A stretch of DNA of 63,240 nt, filler included, from Licmophora abbreviata (taxonomy: Eukaryota), in NCBI GenBank assembly GCA_900291995.1. It is 17 parts of 17 records of this genome, joined end to end, with 100 filler letters (N's around TTAATTAATTAA, not from the genome) between each part and the next. Parts side by side here need not be neighbours in the genome. Positions count along the whole stretch, not along the records: positions 51,556 to 54,315 come from OLMU01001105.1; positions 54,416 to 57,364 come from OLMU01001106.1; positions 57,465 to 60,595 come from OLMU01001107.1; positions 60,696 to 62,062 come from OLMU01001108.1; positions 62,163 to 63,240 come from OLMU01001111.1; 12 more parts are not named here. One strand, written 5' to 3'. Made by a program: the position numbers and the translations under genes. This document shows, one piece after another, positions 53,228 to 63,240 of the stretch. How positions within the stretch are numbered: the stretch's first letter is position 1; each line of letters opens with the position of its first letter. Under the pieces are notes generated by a model. The model saw nothing but the letters and a program-made list of their open reading frames with translations, searched no databases and was not told where the DNA came from.

Positions 53228-55769
53228 TTAAAATCGACGTGTCACACCGATACGAAACAACCGCTCGGTGGTGTCGAACTGGTCGACACCCACACCGTAG
53301 TTGATCGCATTCGATCCGTATTCGGTCTGTGTGTAGTCCAGCCTGAAATGCGTCTTTTCGTTGATCGGCACCTCAATGCCGCCCCCGAAACGCACACCAT
53401 CCAGCGTTTGCGTGCGGTCGAAAATCCCACCGCCGAACCGGTAGTCCATATCGAATGTCGATTGCACCACGCCAAGGCGCCCATAGAGCAGCACCGCATC
53501 ACTCAGCACATAGCCCACGCGCAGCCCGACACCGATCGTGCTGGTTTTCTGCATCGAATAGATCCGTCCGGTGGGGCTTCTTTCGATGTTCCAGTCCGTC
53601 GAGGACCATTCCGCCTCGGCTTCCGCACCGATATAAAACCGACCCCTCTGATATCCGTAGCCGCCGTAAAAGCCCCCGGTAAAACCTTGCCCGGCCCGTG
53701 TGGCCAGAAGCGTGAAGACCGGGTTCGCCGGGTTGCCCGGCACTCGCGGCCCGACGTTGTTGCTTTGCAACGTGCCGTGCCCGATCTGGGCGCCGGCATA
53801 GAACCCCGAGAAATCGACCGCCTGCGCCGACTTTTCCGGTTGGGCCTTGGCGCCGAACTCATAGACCAGCCCAAATCGCACAAGGCTTTCCGTGGTCGCG
53901 AAATTATCGTCATTGACCCCAAGGGGCACGCCAATGGGATAATCCTCATAGGCGCGCAGCTGATATTCCATCCGCCCTGACAGCTGCCCGGCCAAGGGGA
54001 TTTCGGCACCGACACCAAACAAAAGCCCCGTCTTGCGATCCGTGAGGGTGACCGGAAGCGCGTTGTCCCGGCGATAAAAACTGTCGAACTCCGCTGATAT
54101 GACGCCGAACCGTCCATAGAGAAACGCGTCCCTCTCGGTGCGAAGCCCCATGATACCGCTCAGCGCATAGGCGTCACCGCGGCTCACGCCAAAGTCCCCG
54201 CCCCCCGAGATGCCTCCACGAGGCATCGGCGAATTCCGCCTCCAGTTCGGCCCCGATCACAAGCGCGCCATAGCTGCTCCGGTAGCCTGACAAAAATCCC
54301 GCCAGCAGGGCCATGNNNNNNNNNNNNNNNNNNNNNNNNNNNNNNNNNNNNNNNNNNNNTTAATTAATTAANNNNNNNNNNNNNNNNNNNNNNNNNNNNN
54401 NNNNNNNNNNNNNNNCAGGGCCATGATCTCCGAAATCCGCCGTCAGACTGCCGCCCGCCCCGCGCACGCTGCCCGTTTTCGTCTGAAGGCTCATATCGCC
54501 CATCTGCAGCCCGGCATAGAAACCACCGCTGCTTTGCCTGGCCAGCGTTGCGGTATCCTTGTCATAGCGCGGATCAAGCGCGGCACCGAAGCTCAGCGTG
54601 ATCCGGTGCTCATCGAATTCGACCCCGGCCACATCCGACTGGCGCTGGCGGAAATCGTAATTGGTGTCCATGTAGATGCGCGGGTTCAGATAATACCGCA
54701 GCGACAGCCCGCTTTCGAACAGCATGTCGGTGCGCGCGATGCTCTGATACGCGTTCTGGGTCAGAAACGAATAGGCGGCCAGCGACATGTTGCTGGCAAC
54801 CCTGTGGCGCAGCCGCAGACCAGCCGAGGTCGAAATAGCCCCCGACGCGCCGCGCAAAGTCGTCTCCTCGATGCTGCGCTCCACCACGGCATCAAGCTCG
54901 GTGCGATCGTTCAGCGGCATGGTCAGGTCCGCACCGAAATCAAGCGCCGTTGTCGTGCCGAACCTCGGGTCGTCGTAATCCTGCGCCATCACCCCCAGCA
55001 GGACCTCGCCCCGTGCCGGGCCGATCATGCCCGAATAGCCGATCGCGGCCTGATAGCCATCCGAACTGCGGCGCATACCGTCGCTGTCCACGTCCTGATC
55101 GTAATCCCGCTGGTCATAGATACCCTGCAGGAACACCTCGCCGCTTTCCGTGCCAAAGATCCCGATACGGCCGCCAATCTCAAGCTCTCTACGATCGCGA
55201 TCGTCGTTCTCGATGCTGAGCCCAAGCGCGGTGGGCGTATCGTCATAGTCGAGATCCCTCACATTGACGCCCAGCCGGAAATTGCGCTCGCCAAGTGTGC
55301 CGCCCAATCCGACATAGCCGCTGGCATCCCTGAATTCGGTGGGTCTGAGGCCGTTCACGTCATCTGGCGACTCGCGGCTTTCATGGCCAAGGCTGTAATC
55401 CAGACCGGCAAAGGCGAAGACATTGTCGTTCACGCGAAAAAGCGCCTCGGCGCCAAGGAAATAGTCGTCGTAATCCTCGTTCGAATATTCCGCGAACCTC
55501 GCAAATTCCGCCCGCGCCTCAAGGTTCAGACGGAAATCCTCTGCGCGATAGGACAGCGTCATCCATGGAGCAACGAACGTGACGAAATCCGACCGCCGAT
55601 CATTGGCTGTCAGAAACACATTGTCGGTGTATTGTTCGGATACGGTCACGCCCGCGTCCACCTCGACAGGCGATGCCGTGCTGCCTTGTGCCTCGGCCTG
55701 CGGCGGTGCCAGATGCACCAGAACCAAAGCGGTTGCCGTAAGAAGCCAACGCCTGTCTTGAAAGCCCAT
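53228..55769 (-). CDS. Outer-membrane protein: large beta-barrel plus two Omp25/OmpA-like barrels; split by gap 54316-54415
   Basis: Signal peptide; YTDNVF...SDF start and EHRITLSFG end of the large barrel; two GFYAG..G...GAE.E...YGR.G repeats; terminal Phe. Contig ends overlap (CAGGGCCATG). Confidence 0.78.
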
Positions 55770-56326
55770 TACGCCCTCCGAAATTCAATTCCTTAAAGTC
55801 ATGCCCATCTGCCTCTGGAACCGGCGACAGTCACCGAGCGGCAAAAGCTGGGCATTCAAAAAACGTGTTGTCCAAAAAACAGGACCAAAAACATGGCCGG
55901 GCAGGCAGTCGGACCGTCAGGAAAACCGGGCTGGCTCCTTTGTTGCCACTCCCAAGGGCCATCCGATGAAAGCCACGGCGTCGCCACCACGTCACGAAGC
56001 GGTCAAAATCCGCCCGGTATGACATGGCACTCATCAGGACAGTCTCGGTTTTCCTGCGCGATGCGCGATCCTGCTCCAACATGGAACATGTTAGAAACCA
56101 AGACTTTTTTGCCGTCTATGACACTCGACAATGGACCCGAGCGCCAACCGGGATACCATCCGCGGCGGTGTGAGGCCTGCGGGGAATGGGTCTCAATCGG
56201 CATGGATCGGCGGGGCCAAAGGCCACAAGGCGCGGGAAGGAATCGCAGGTTGGATCAAATCCAGAACATGCCCGATCCAACATGATCCAACATCAGGGAC
56301 ACGTATCTTGTAAGCCTTTGAAATAC

Positions 56327-56403
56327 TGGCGATCCCGGAAGGACTCGAACCCTCAACCTGCTGATTAGAAGTCAGCTGCTCTATCCAGTTGAGCTACGGG
56401 ACC
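56327..56403 (-). tRNA. tRNA-Arg(UCU)
   Basis: GGTCCCG...CGGGATCGCCA, 77 nt; anticodon arm GCTGA-CTTCTAA-TCAGC; GGTTCGAGTCC T-loop. Confidence 0.97.
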
Positions 56404-56465
56404 ACGCGTTGTCCGTTTACCTCTGGTCCGCGCCAAGATCAAAGCCAAATGCACCTGATACCCTG

Positions 56466-59171
56466 TCAGGCGACATTCCCCAGCCCAAGCGCGTTTTGGC
56501 AGTCGCTCAGCGCTTTGCCGATTTTCTCACGATGCCTGTTCAAAGCCTCCAAGTCGCCCCGGTCGGCAGCGCGTTCGGCATCCAGCAGGTGACCCGACAA
56601 TTCGTTCAGACCAACCACCGCGGTTGAGCCTGCCGCCTTGTGCAGCCCATCGACCAGCGCTTCGGTGACCTGGTGCAAGGGGTCTGATTGAATGATCTCG
56701 TGTGGGATATCAGCCAGCGCCGCGGTCATGAGCTCGCGGGCCTTGGCTTCGCCAAACATCGGCTCCAGCGCATCCAGAACGCCTGCGTAATGCGACGCCG
56801 ACATGACCGGTTGATGATGGTCAGGCGGTTGCTTGGTGGCCGTGGCGATCGTCAGCAGATTGGCGATATCGGCGCGCTTTGTGGGCTTGATCAAAACCGC
56901 GTCCATTCCCGCCTCGTGCAGTTCCATGGTGCGCTCCGGATCGGACACGGCCGTCACAGCCGCGATGAAGGCGCCGCGCGACAGGCCGGCTTTCCTGATC
57001 CTTCGGGTCGCTTCATCGCCCCGCATCACCGGCATGCTCACATCCATAAGGATGACATCGAACGCGGTCTGGCTGGCAACGTCTATGGCTTCCTGTCCAT
57101 TGCGTGCCATCGCGGGCCGATGTCCCAGACGACGGACGATTTCGCACATCAACCCGAGGTTCACCTCGGAATCGTCCACCACCAGTACATCCAGGGCTGT
57201 TTGCGTGCTGGCGACATCATCGCTGAACAGTGGCTCGGCGGGAGGCGATTGGTCCGTGTGCTGTTCCTTAGGGGCAGGGCGCAGCGGGATCTTGAAAGAA
57301 AACCGGCTGCCCTTGCCCGGCGCACTCTCTAGTCCAAGGGTGCCGCCAAGATGCTGTACGGCGANNNNNNNNNNNNNNNNNNNNNNNNNNNNNNNNNNNN
57401 NNNNNNNNTTAATTAATTAANNNNNNNNNNNNNNNNNNNNNNNNNNNNNNNNNNNNNNNNNNNNGGCGATCCGCACGATCGGCAGGCCAAGTCCGGTGCC
57501 CTGTGGCCCGAACAGTTCGCCCGGACGCCCTGTTTCGAATTCCCGGAAGATGCGTTCGTGATCCTCAGGCGCGATTCCCGGCCCATTGTCGATCACATCG
57601 ACGGTCAGTTTGCCATCGCCGGTGTGCCCGTCGTCAAAGGTCAGGTGCAGATCGACCCGCCCCTCTCGGGTGAATTTCAGCGCATTGCCGACAAGGTTAT
57701 AGAGCGCCCGGGAAAATGCACCCGGTGACCCGATATAGCACTCTTCAACGCCAACGCCGGTGATCTGCAAATCAAGCAGGTTTCCGTTTTCCTGCGCCAG
57801 CGGTGACAACTCGCTGGCAATCTCGCGTGCAATCACGGCTGGTCTGAACGTTTCGCCATCATCGCGGCGCTCGCCGAGGCGGGTGATGTCCAGCACGTTG
57901 TTGATCTGCTCCAGCGCCCGGTCGCTGCAATCCTGTGCAGTGCGAAGCAATTGCCGATCTTCTTCAGTCAGACGATCCGCGTCGATCAAGTCCAACGAAG
58001 CGGTGACGCCATGAAGTGGCGTGCGCATCTCGTGGTTCATCGTGGCGAGGAACATCGTCTTGGCATCGGCGTGTCGCTCTGCTTCGTCGCGCGCCTCACG
58101 CAGCTTGTTTTCGGCCGCCACCATATCCGAGATATCGCGGATGAACCCGATCAGGATTGGATTGCCGTCAAGATCGGTGTCCGTGGCGATCGACAGTTCG
58201 GCCTTGAAATCCGAGCCGTCCGGACGCCGCGCATCCAGCCGCACAGGTCCTGCGCCGACAAGCGTCTTCTTCCCCGTGGTCTTGAAACGGTGCATCCCGG
58301 CTTCGTGCTTGGCACGCATGTGATCGGGCACCATCAGGTCACCGATGTTTTCGCCAAGCATATTATCGGCGGGCACCCGGAAAATGTCGCTTGCCGCTGC
58401 GTTGGCCAGCAGAATGCGCCCATCGAGATCGGTCACGATCACCGCGTTCAGTGTTGCCTGTATCACCTTCGAAATCGTGCCCGATGCCCGGTGCATCCAC
58501 GCGGTGTGTCTTTCAAGCTCACGCCACAACCGCGCCGCCAGCAGCGAGGCGCTTATCATCAGGACCAGCAGGAAAATGCTTTGCAACCAGAACCGCTGCA
58601 AATGCGCCTTCTCAAGCGTGCGTGCTGCCTTTGTCTGTCCCACTTGGTATTGCAGAGACAAGACGGTGACATCTCTTATCAGCCCCTCGCTCCGTCGCAG
58701 CTCTCTGGTGAAGGCCAGAACCTTGTCCCGATCCGGTGTCGTGATCGCGTCGATCGTTGTGGTCAGGCTGGCCCGCGCCTCGCGCAGTTGATCCAGGGCC
58801 TTCGCCAGCTCGGCGGGCAGATCGTAGCGCGTCATCGCTGCCAGCACCGTGTCCACGCGACTATAGAAGATATCGAATTTGAACCTGACGTCGTCAAAGT
58901 CGTCAGCGCTGGTGATCTCGTTCAGGGAAGGGTCACGCGTGGCGATCACATAGCCTTTTGCCGCCAGCAGAATGGCTTTGTAGTCCACGTCCAATTGCGA
59001 GATCAGCCAGCCCATGTTGTCGGAATCGGCAGCCCTTACGGCGTCAATCCGGTCGCGCAGCGACTGCGCGCTAAACACCAGCGCGATGCATGTCAGCACC
59101 AGAAACACCAGAAGCACGATCGCGACTGAGCGTTTGGGGCTGCGGTAAGGAGTGGCCAGACCCTTTTGCAT
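56466..59171 (-). CDS. Membrane hybrid histidine kinase (periplasmic sensor-PAS-HisKA-HATPase-REC-Hpt); split by gap 57365-57464
   Basis: Two TM helices, PAS, MNHEMRTPL, GTGLGL, VVDDSEVN...LMDVSMP, LHKAAGS. Confidence 0.9.
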
Positions 59172-59181
59172 CAGTGCTGCT

Positions 59182-59670
59182 TCACTCCTCCATTACTTCG
59201 ATTTGGGTCAACTGCCAGATGCTGTAGGAATATATCAGTTCGGACTGGAATCGCGGCTCCACATCGTAGGGAAACACCACCCAAAGCGGTCCCTTGTCCC
59301 GGATGCCGAAGGCTTTGCCGTCGATCCGGTTGGCGATAATGGGATAGTCATCCTCGATCACGTCCCTCGGCAGCGAAACCTTGTAGTCATTCGCCGCCAC
59401 CAGCATAAGATCGCCGCGACCCGCACCCGCCGCTTCCAGTACGGATTTGAGCGAGGGACCACTGAACGTGCTGACGCCTTCGGTCCAGATCGTGCCGGTC
59501 ACGAATTCCACCGACGGCAAAGCAGCCAGGTCCGCGTCTGAAAATGAAACAGGTGCAGGGCCGTCGATCGCGCCCGAAATTTTCAGGACCGTCTCTTGCG
59601 CCTGCGCCGCCGCACCCAAAGTCAGCAAGGCGGCGAGGACACCGCTGAAAAGTATATGTCTGGCAAGCAT
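59182..59670 (-). CDS. Periplasmic sulfite-oxidase-fold protein without Cys (PruR-like)
   Basis: Signal peptide; T.TIWT.G...FSGP.L, AANDY, RDKGPLWVVFPYD, SIWQL; no Cys; AAGGA RBS. Confidence 0.78.
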   Translation of the reverse strand: MLARHILFSGVLAALLTLGAAAQAQETVLKISGAIDGPAPVSFSDADLAALPSVEFVTGTIWTEGVSTFSGPSLKSVLEAAGAGRGDLMLVAANDYKVSLPRDVIEDDYPIIANRIDGKAFGIRDKGPLWVVFPYDVEPRFQSELIYSYSIWQLTQIEVMEE

Positions 59671-59949
59671 GATGGAGTCCTTCTTAATCAATTATTAATA
59701 ATTTTCTCAAGTTGCGCCCCGATATAGCAGGCGGTCAAAAGATGTCACAATATTATCAAGCGATATCTATACGTGTCTTTCGTTATAAGATAAGTTTGCT
59801 CTTGCGAAGGAACACCCGCAAACGGTTATTAGGCACTCGTGATATCTACCGCGCGTTTTGCCGTTGGCCCGCCCATCGGGTGAGGTATCGAGTTTGTTCT
59901 GTAAAGGTATCTGGAGGGTTGAAAAAGCGTTATAGCCGAAGGAAATAGT

Positions 59950-60595
59950 GTGCATTATTCCCAAGCACTAGACCAAACGAATTCAGAGACGATCCGCATT
60001 CTGCTCGCAGACGATCACACCCTGATTGCACAGGCGGTCGCAAGTGTTTTGATGGAAAATGGGATCTTTACCGTCGACACTGTGGAAAACCTCCCCGATG
60101 CGATCTCCGCCATGACGGACGGCCCGCGTTATGATCTGGTGATGCTGGACCTTCGCATGCCCGGCGTCAAAGGCCTCGACAGCTTGAAGCGTGTCATCGA
60201 CTTGGGCACGGCCGCGCGGATCACCCTGTTCACGGCAAATGCCGACCGCCATATCGTCAAGCGGGCAATAGAGTTGGGCGTGCATGGAGTTATCCAGAAG
60301 ACGATGCCTCTCAACTCTCTGGAGAGTGTATTGCGCCTGATCCTGTCCGGTCAGACCTTCCTGCCGTCTTCTGTGATCGAAGCGCCAGTGAACGGCTCGG
60401 ATGGTGACGACCTCACGGAAATCGAGCTTCTGATCCTCAAATTCGCAGCCGAGGGCATGACAAACAAGAGCATTGCCAGTCAGGTCGGTCTGAACGAAAC
60501 AACCGTCAAGATGCATATGCGGGCGATCTGTCGCAAGCTCAAGGCGTCGAACCGGGTGCAGGCCGTCGTCATTGCTCGAAACAACGCCTTGATCG
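59950..60595 (+). CDS. NarL/LuxR family response regulator; stop lost in gap
   Basis: ILLADDH, MLDLRMPG, GMTNKSIA...ETTVKMHMRAICRKL. Confidence 0.93.
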
Positions 60596-60695
60596 NNNNN
60601 NNNNNNNNNNNNNNNNNNNNNNNNNNNNNNNNNNNNNNNTTAATTAATTAANNNNNNNNNNNNNNNNNNNNNNNNNNNNNNNNNNNNNNNNNNNN

Positions 60696-61066
60696 CTATG
60701 GTCCAGCAGTCCCAGCAGCCTGTCCACCTGTTCGGAATCGAACGGCTTGCGCAACACGGCGTTCATGCCGGCCTCCAGACACATCTGCTGTTCCTTGTGG
60801 CTGGTATGCGCGGTCAGTGCCACCACAGGCAATTGGCTGCCTGCGGCATCGCTGCGGATGTGGCGCGTCGTCTCAAGACCGTCCATGCCCGGCATGCTCA
60901 GGTCCATCAGCACAACGTCGAAAGCTTCATCCTTGACCAGATCGAGTGCCTCAGGCCCGCTTGCGGCCTCTACCACTCGGTAGTTCCGGCGCTCCATCAG
61001 AACGCGAACAACCATACGGTTGATCTCGTCGTCATCGACGACAAGGATATTACGCCGATCGCTCAC
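60696..61066 (-). CDS. Single-domain response regulator (start uncertain, end at gap)
   Basis: ILVVDDDEIN, VLMDLSMPGMDG, ALTA, KP. Confidence 0.85.
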
Positions 61067-61103
61067 GGGCGCCAGACGCCTGCCAGGCGTCTCCGCCAGA
61101 GGG

Positions 61104-62062
61104 TTATGCCAGCTCGATGGGTGTCCATATCTCAAACCGCGTTCCTTCGTGAACTTTGCTTGCGCAGGTGATGCGGCCCCCGAATTTATTCGAAATGGCC
61201 TGCGCAACGGACAGTCCAATGCCCATTCCGCGATACGATCTCGTAAAGGATGATTCAACCTGTTCGAACGGCATGAAAATACGCTCCAGCTGCGTCTCAT
61301 CGATCCCGATCCCGGTATCGCTGATCGTCACCTTAAGCCATTTGCGATCATCCTGCTGTAAAATTTCTGAATTCAGCGTAATGCTGCCTTCCTTTGTGAA
61401 CTTGATCGCGTTCTCCATGACCTTCGAAATCATCTGCGATATGCGCGCCGGGTCCGATACGATCTGCGTGCTGCCATCGCCAAGCCCGGTGCGTCGGAAC
61501 TCCAGCCCGGCAGTTTGGGCAAGGTTACCGTAAAGCGCCTCGATCTCGCGGATCCGCGCCTCGATATCGAATGTCACCGGGTCAAGCCGGATCGACTCGG
61601 TTGTGCCCTCGGCGAAATCGACCATGTGATCGACCAGCGCGTTCAACTCTTTTGCCGACGACCACGCAACATCCAGATATCGATCGCGGTCCGCATCGTC
61701 TGTTTGCTCTCGGCAGATCGTCAACATGCCCACCACGCCGCTCAGCGGTGTGCGCAGTTCATGACCCGCGATCACCAGGAAGTCGCTCTTGCGCTTGTTC
61801 TCTTCCTCTTCCAGCCTGAGCGCCTCGCGCAGCTTTTTGTCCGAGCTGCGCACGTGGCGGATCATCGTCTTGAGGGACTCGTTGAGTTGCCACATCTCGG
61901 TTGATGAGCGTTCTTCGTCGGGCAGGGTGATGGCGTAATCCCCATCGCTGATCTTGCTGCTGATCTCGGTGAAATGCCGAACCGGTCGCGCAAGCCGGCG
62001 TGACATGGCCCAGCCTGCAGCACCCAGAAGGGCGGCCAACACCACCGCCAGAAGATAGGATT
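61104..62062 (-). CDS. HAMP-domain sensor histidine kinase; 5' end lost in gap
   Basis: TM plus HAMP, GHELRTPL, ENAIKFT, DTGIG, GMGIGL. Confidence 0.9.
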
Positions 62063-62164
62063 NNNNNNNNNNNNNNNNNNNNNNNNNNNNNNNNNNNNNN
62101 NNNNNNTTAATTAATTAANNNNNNNNNNNNNNNNNNNNNNNNNNNNNNNNNNNNNNNNNNNNCC

Positions 62165-63240
62165 GGGCTCGAGCCGGGCCCCGGCACCGATCCCGGCACC
62201 CCGCCGTCCGGTGGAGGAGGCCCCGGTACCGGTACGGGTGGTGGAGGCCCCGGTGGTGGCGACGGAACACTGCCGCCCGCCGGTCCTGATCCCGAAGATG
62301 AGATCGAGAACGAGGACGGTCCGCAAGACCCGCCCCCATCTGGCAATCCTCCAGTGGAAGACGGCCCGAACGATGAGGACGCTGGCGGGAATGACGACAA
62401 GGACGACGCGCCCTGCGAAGACGACGCACCCTGCGAGGACAAGGCGCCTGGCGATGACAATGCACCCTGCGATGACGACGCGCCCTGCGATGACGACTCT
62501 GCCGAAGGCGACTCCTGTGATGACGCCTCGTCCGACTGCGCCTCAGACCTCGATTGCGATACAGCTTCGGACTGCGACGCAACCACGGAGTGCGATGCCG
62601 ATCACAGCTGCGATCCGATTGCGGGCACCGACGCGGACTGCTTTGAAGATCCGATGCAAGCCGCCCGTGACATCACCTTCGGCCTGTCCACTGACGACGA
62701 CCTGTCGGGCACCGACGCCCACGATCTCATCCATGCGGGCGACGGGGCCGACACCGTTCTGGGCGGCGCAGGCGATGATCTGCTGATCGGAGGGGCAGGC
62801 GACGACATCCTGACCGGCGGCAGCGGCAACGACCGTCTTGCCGGCGAGCAGGGTAACGATACGCTCGATGGCGGCATGGGTGATGACATCCTGACCGGCG
62901 GCGCGGGCGATGACATCCTGTGGGACGGCACCGGCGCGGACCTTCTGTTTGGCGATGCCGGAAACGACACGATCCACCTCGCAGCCGACGACGCGTCCGA
63001 TACGGTACATGGCGGCGACGGGATTGATACGCTGGACCTGTCCACCACCGGCCAACAGGCTCATATCGACATCGCCGCAGGCACGATCACCCGCCCCGGC
63101 GTTCCGCAGGACAGTTTCACTGGCATCGAAGTCTTCGCTGCAGGCGCCGGCAAGGAAGTGTTCGACCTGTCGGGCTTTTTTCAGCCCCGGAGCAGGCGCA
63201 ATCCCTCGAACCACGTTCCAGATCACGGATTTTGACTACG
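62165..63240 (+). CDS. RTX/hemolysin-type Ca-binding repeat protein, partial
   Basis: Multiple GGxGxDxL nonapeptides after a Pro/Gly-rich then Asp/Cys-rich linker; likely indel in the T-run at 63176-63181 because the alternative frame reads FQITDFDY. Confidence 0.88.
62402..62491 (+). repeat. Five degenerate 18-bp coding repeats (DDAPC[ED])
   Basis: GACGACGCGCCCTGCGAA-like units in tandem. Confidence 0.85.

Larger units (their letters stand above)
28515..56403. mobile_element. Probable tRNA-Arg(UCU)-integrated genomic island (composite)
   Basis: Direct repeat of the tRNA 3' half at both ends; integrase, three TA modules, EPS cargo and AT-richer tracts inside. Spans 6 scaffold gaps, so it depends on contig order. 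Confidence 0.55.

Noticed and set aside
5615..62162. Recurring TTAATTAATTAA motif and ORFs ending in X...LIN
   Set aside because: Assembly linker; not a biological repeat, CRISPR array or CtrA site
6432..63181. Frameshifts near 6435, 23480, 26550, 54200-54300 and 63180 as programmed or phase-variable events
   Set aside because: All lie in homopolymers or near contig ends of a low-quality draft; sequencing error is more likely

Overview
GC-rich alphaproteobacterial draft scaffold; gene content looks like Rhodobacteraceae/Roseobacter group. It comprises 17 contig pieces joined by 16 artificial 100-nt N44-TTAATTAATTAA-N44 linkers. The left half (1-28.1 kb) is metabolic: taurine uptake and transamination (tpa, tauABC), a LysE exporter, two LysM-SBP proteins, map, a rhomboid protease, a polyamine operon (speA, dehydrogenase, nspC, speB), a TPP-riboswitch-controlled operon (LuxE-like, LuxC-like, NMT1/THI5-type ABC transporter, SDR) and the tetronate catabolism cluster ltnD-otnK-otnC-otnI-denD. 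The stretch 28.5-56.4 kb lies between a degenerate 3' fragment of tRNA-Arg(UCU) and the intact tRNA, so it is a probable genomic island. It carries exopolysaccharide genes, a hybrid kinase, three toxin-antitoxin modules, an excisionase-like gene plus tyrosine integrase, and an unknown three-gene envelope module (a triple beta-barrel protein, an acidic secreted protein and a Tat-exported His/Asp-rich protein). The right end holds a PruR-like/hybrid kinase/LuxR signalling cluster and part of an RTX protein. The best candidate for an undescribed system is the TPP-regulated acid-to-aldehyde-to-alcohol reductive operon (17.3-23.3 kb), which may salvage oxidised thiamine breakdown products. All family calls come from motif recognition; no database searches were run.
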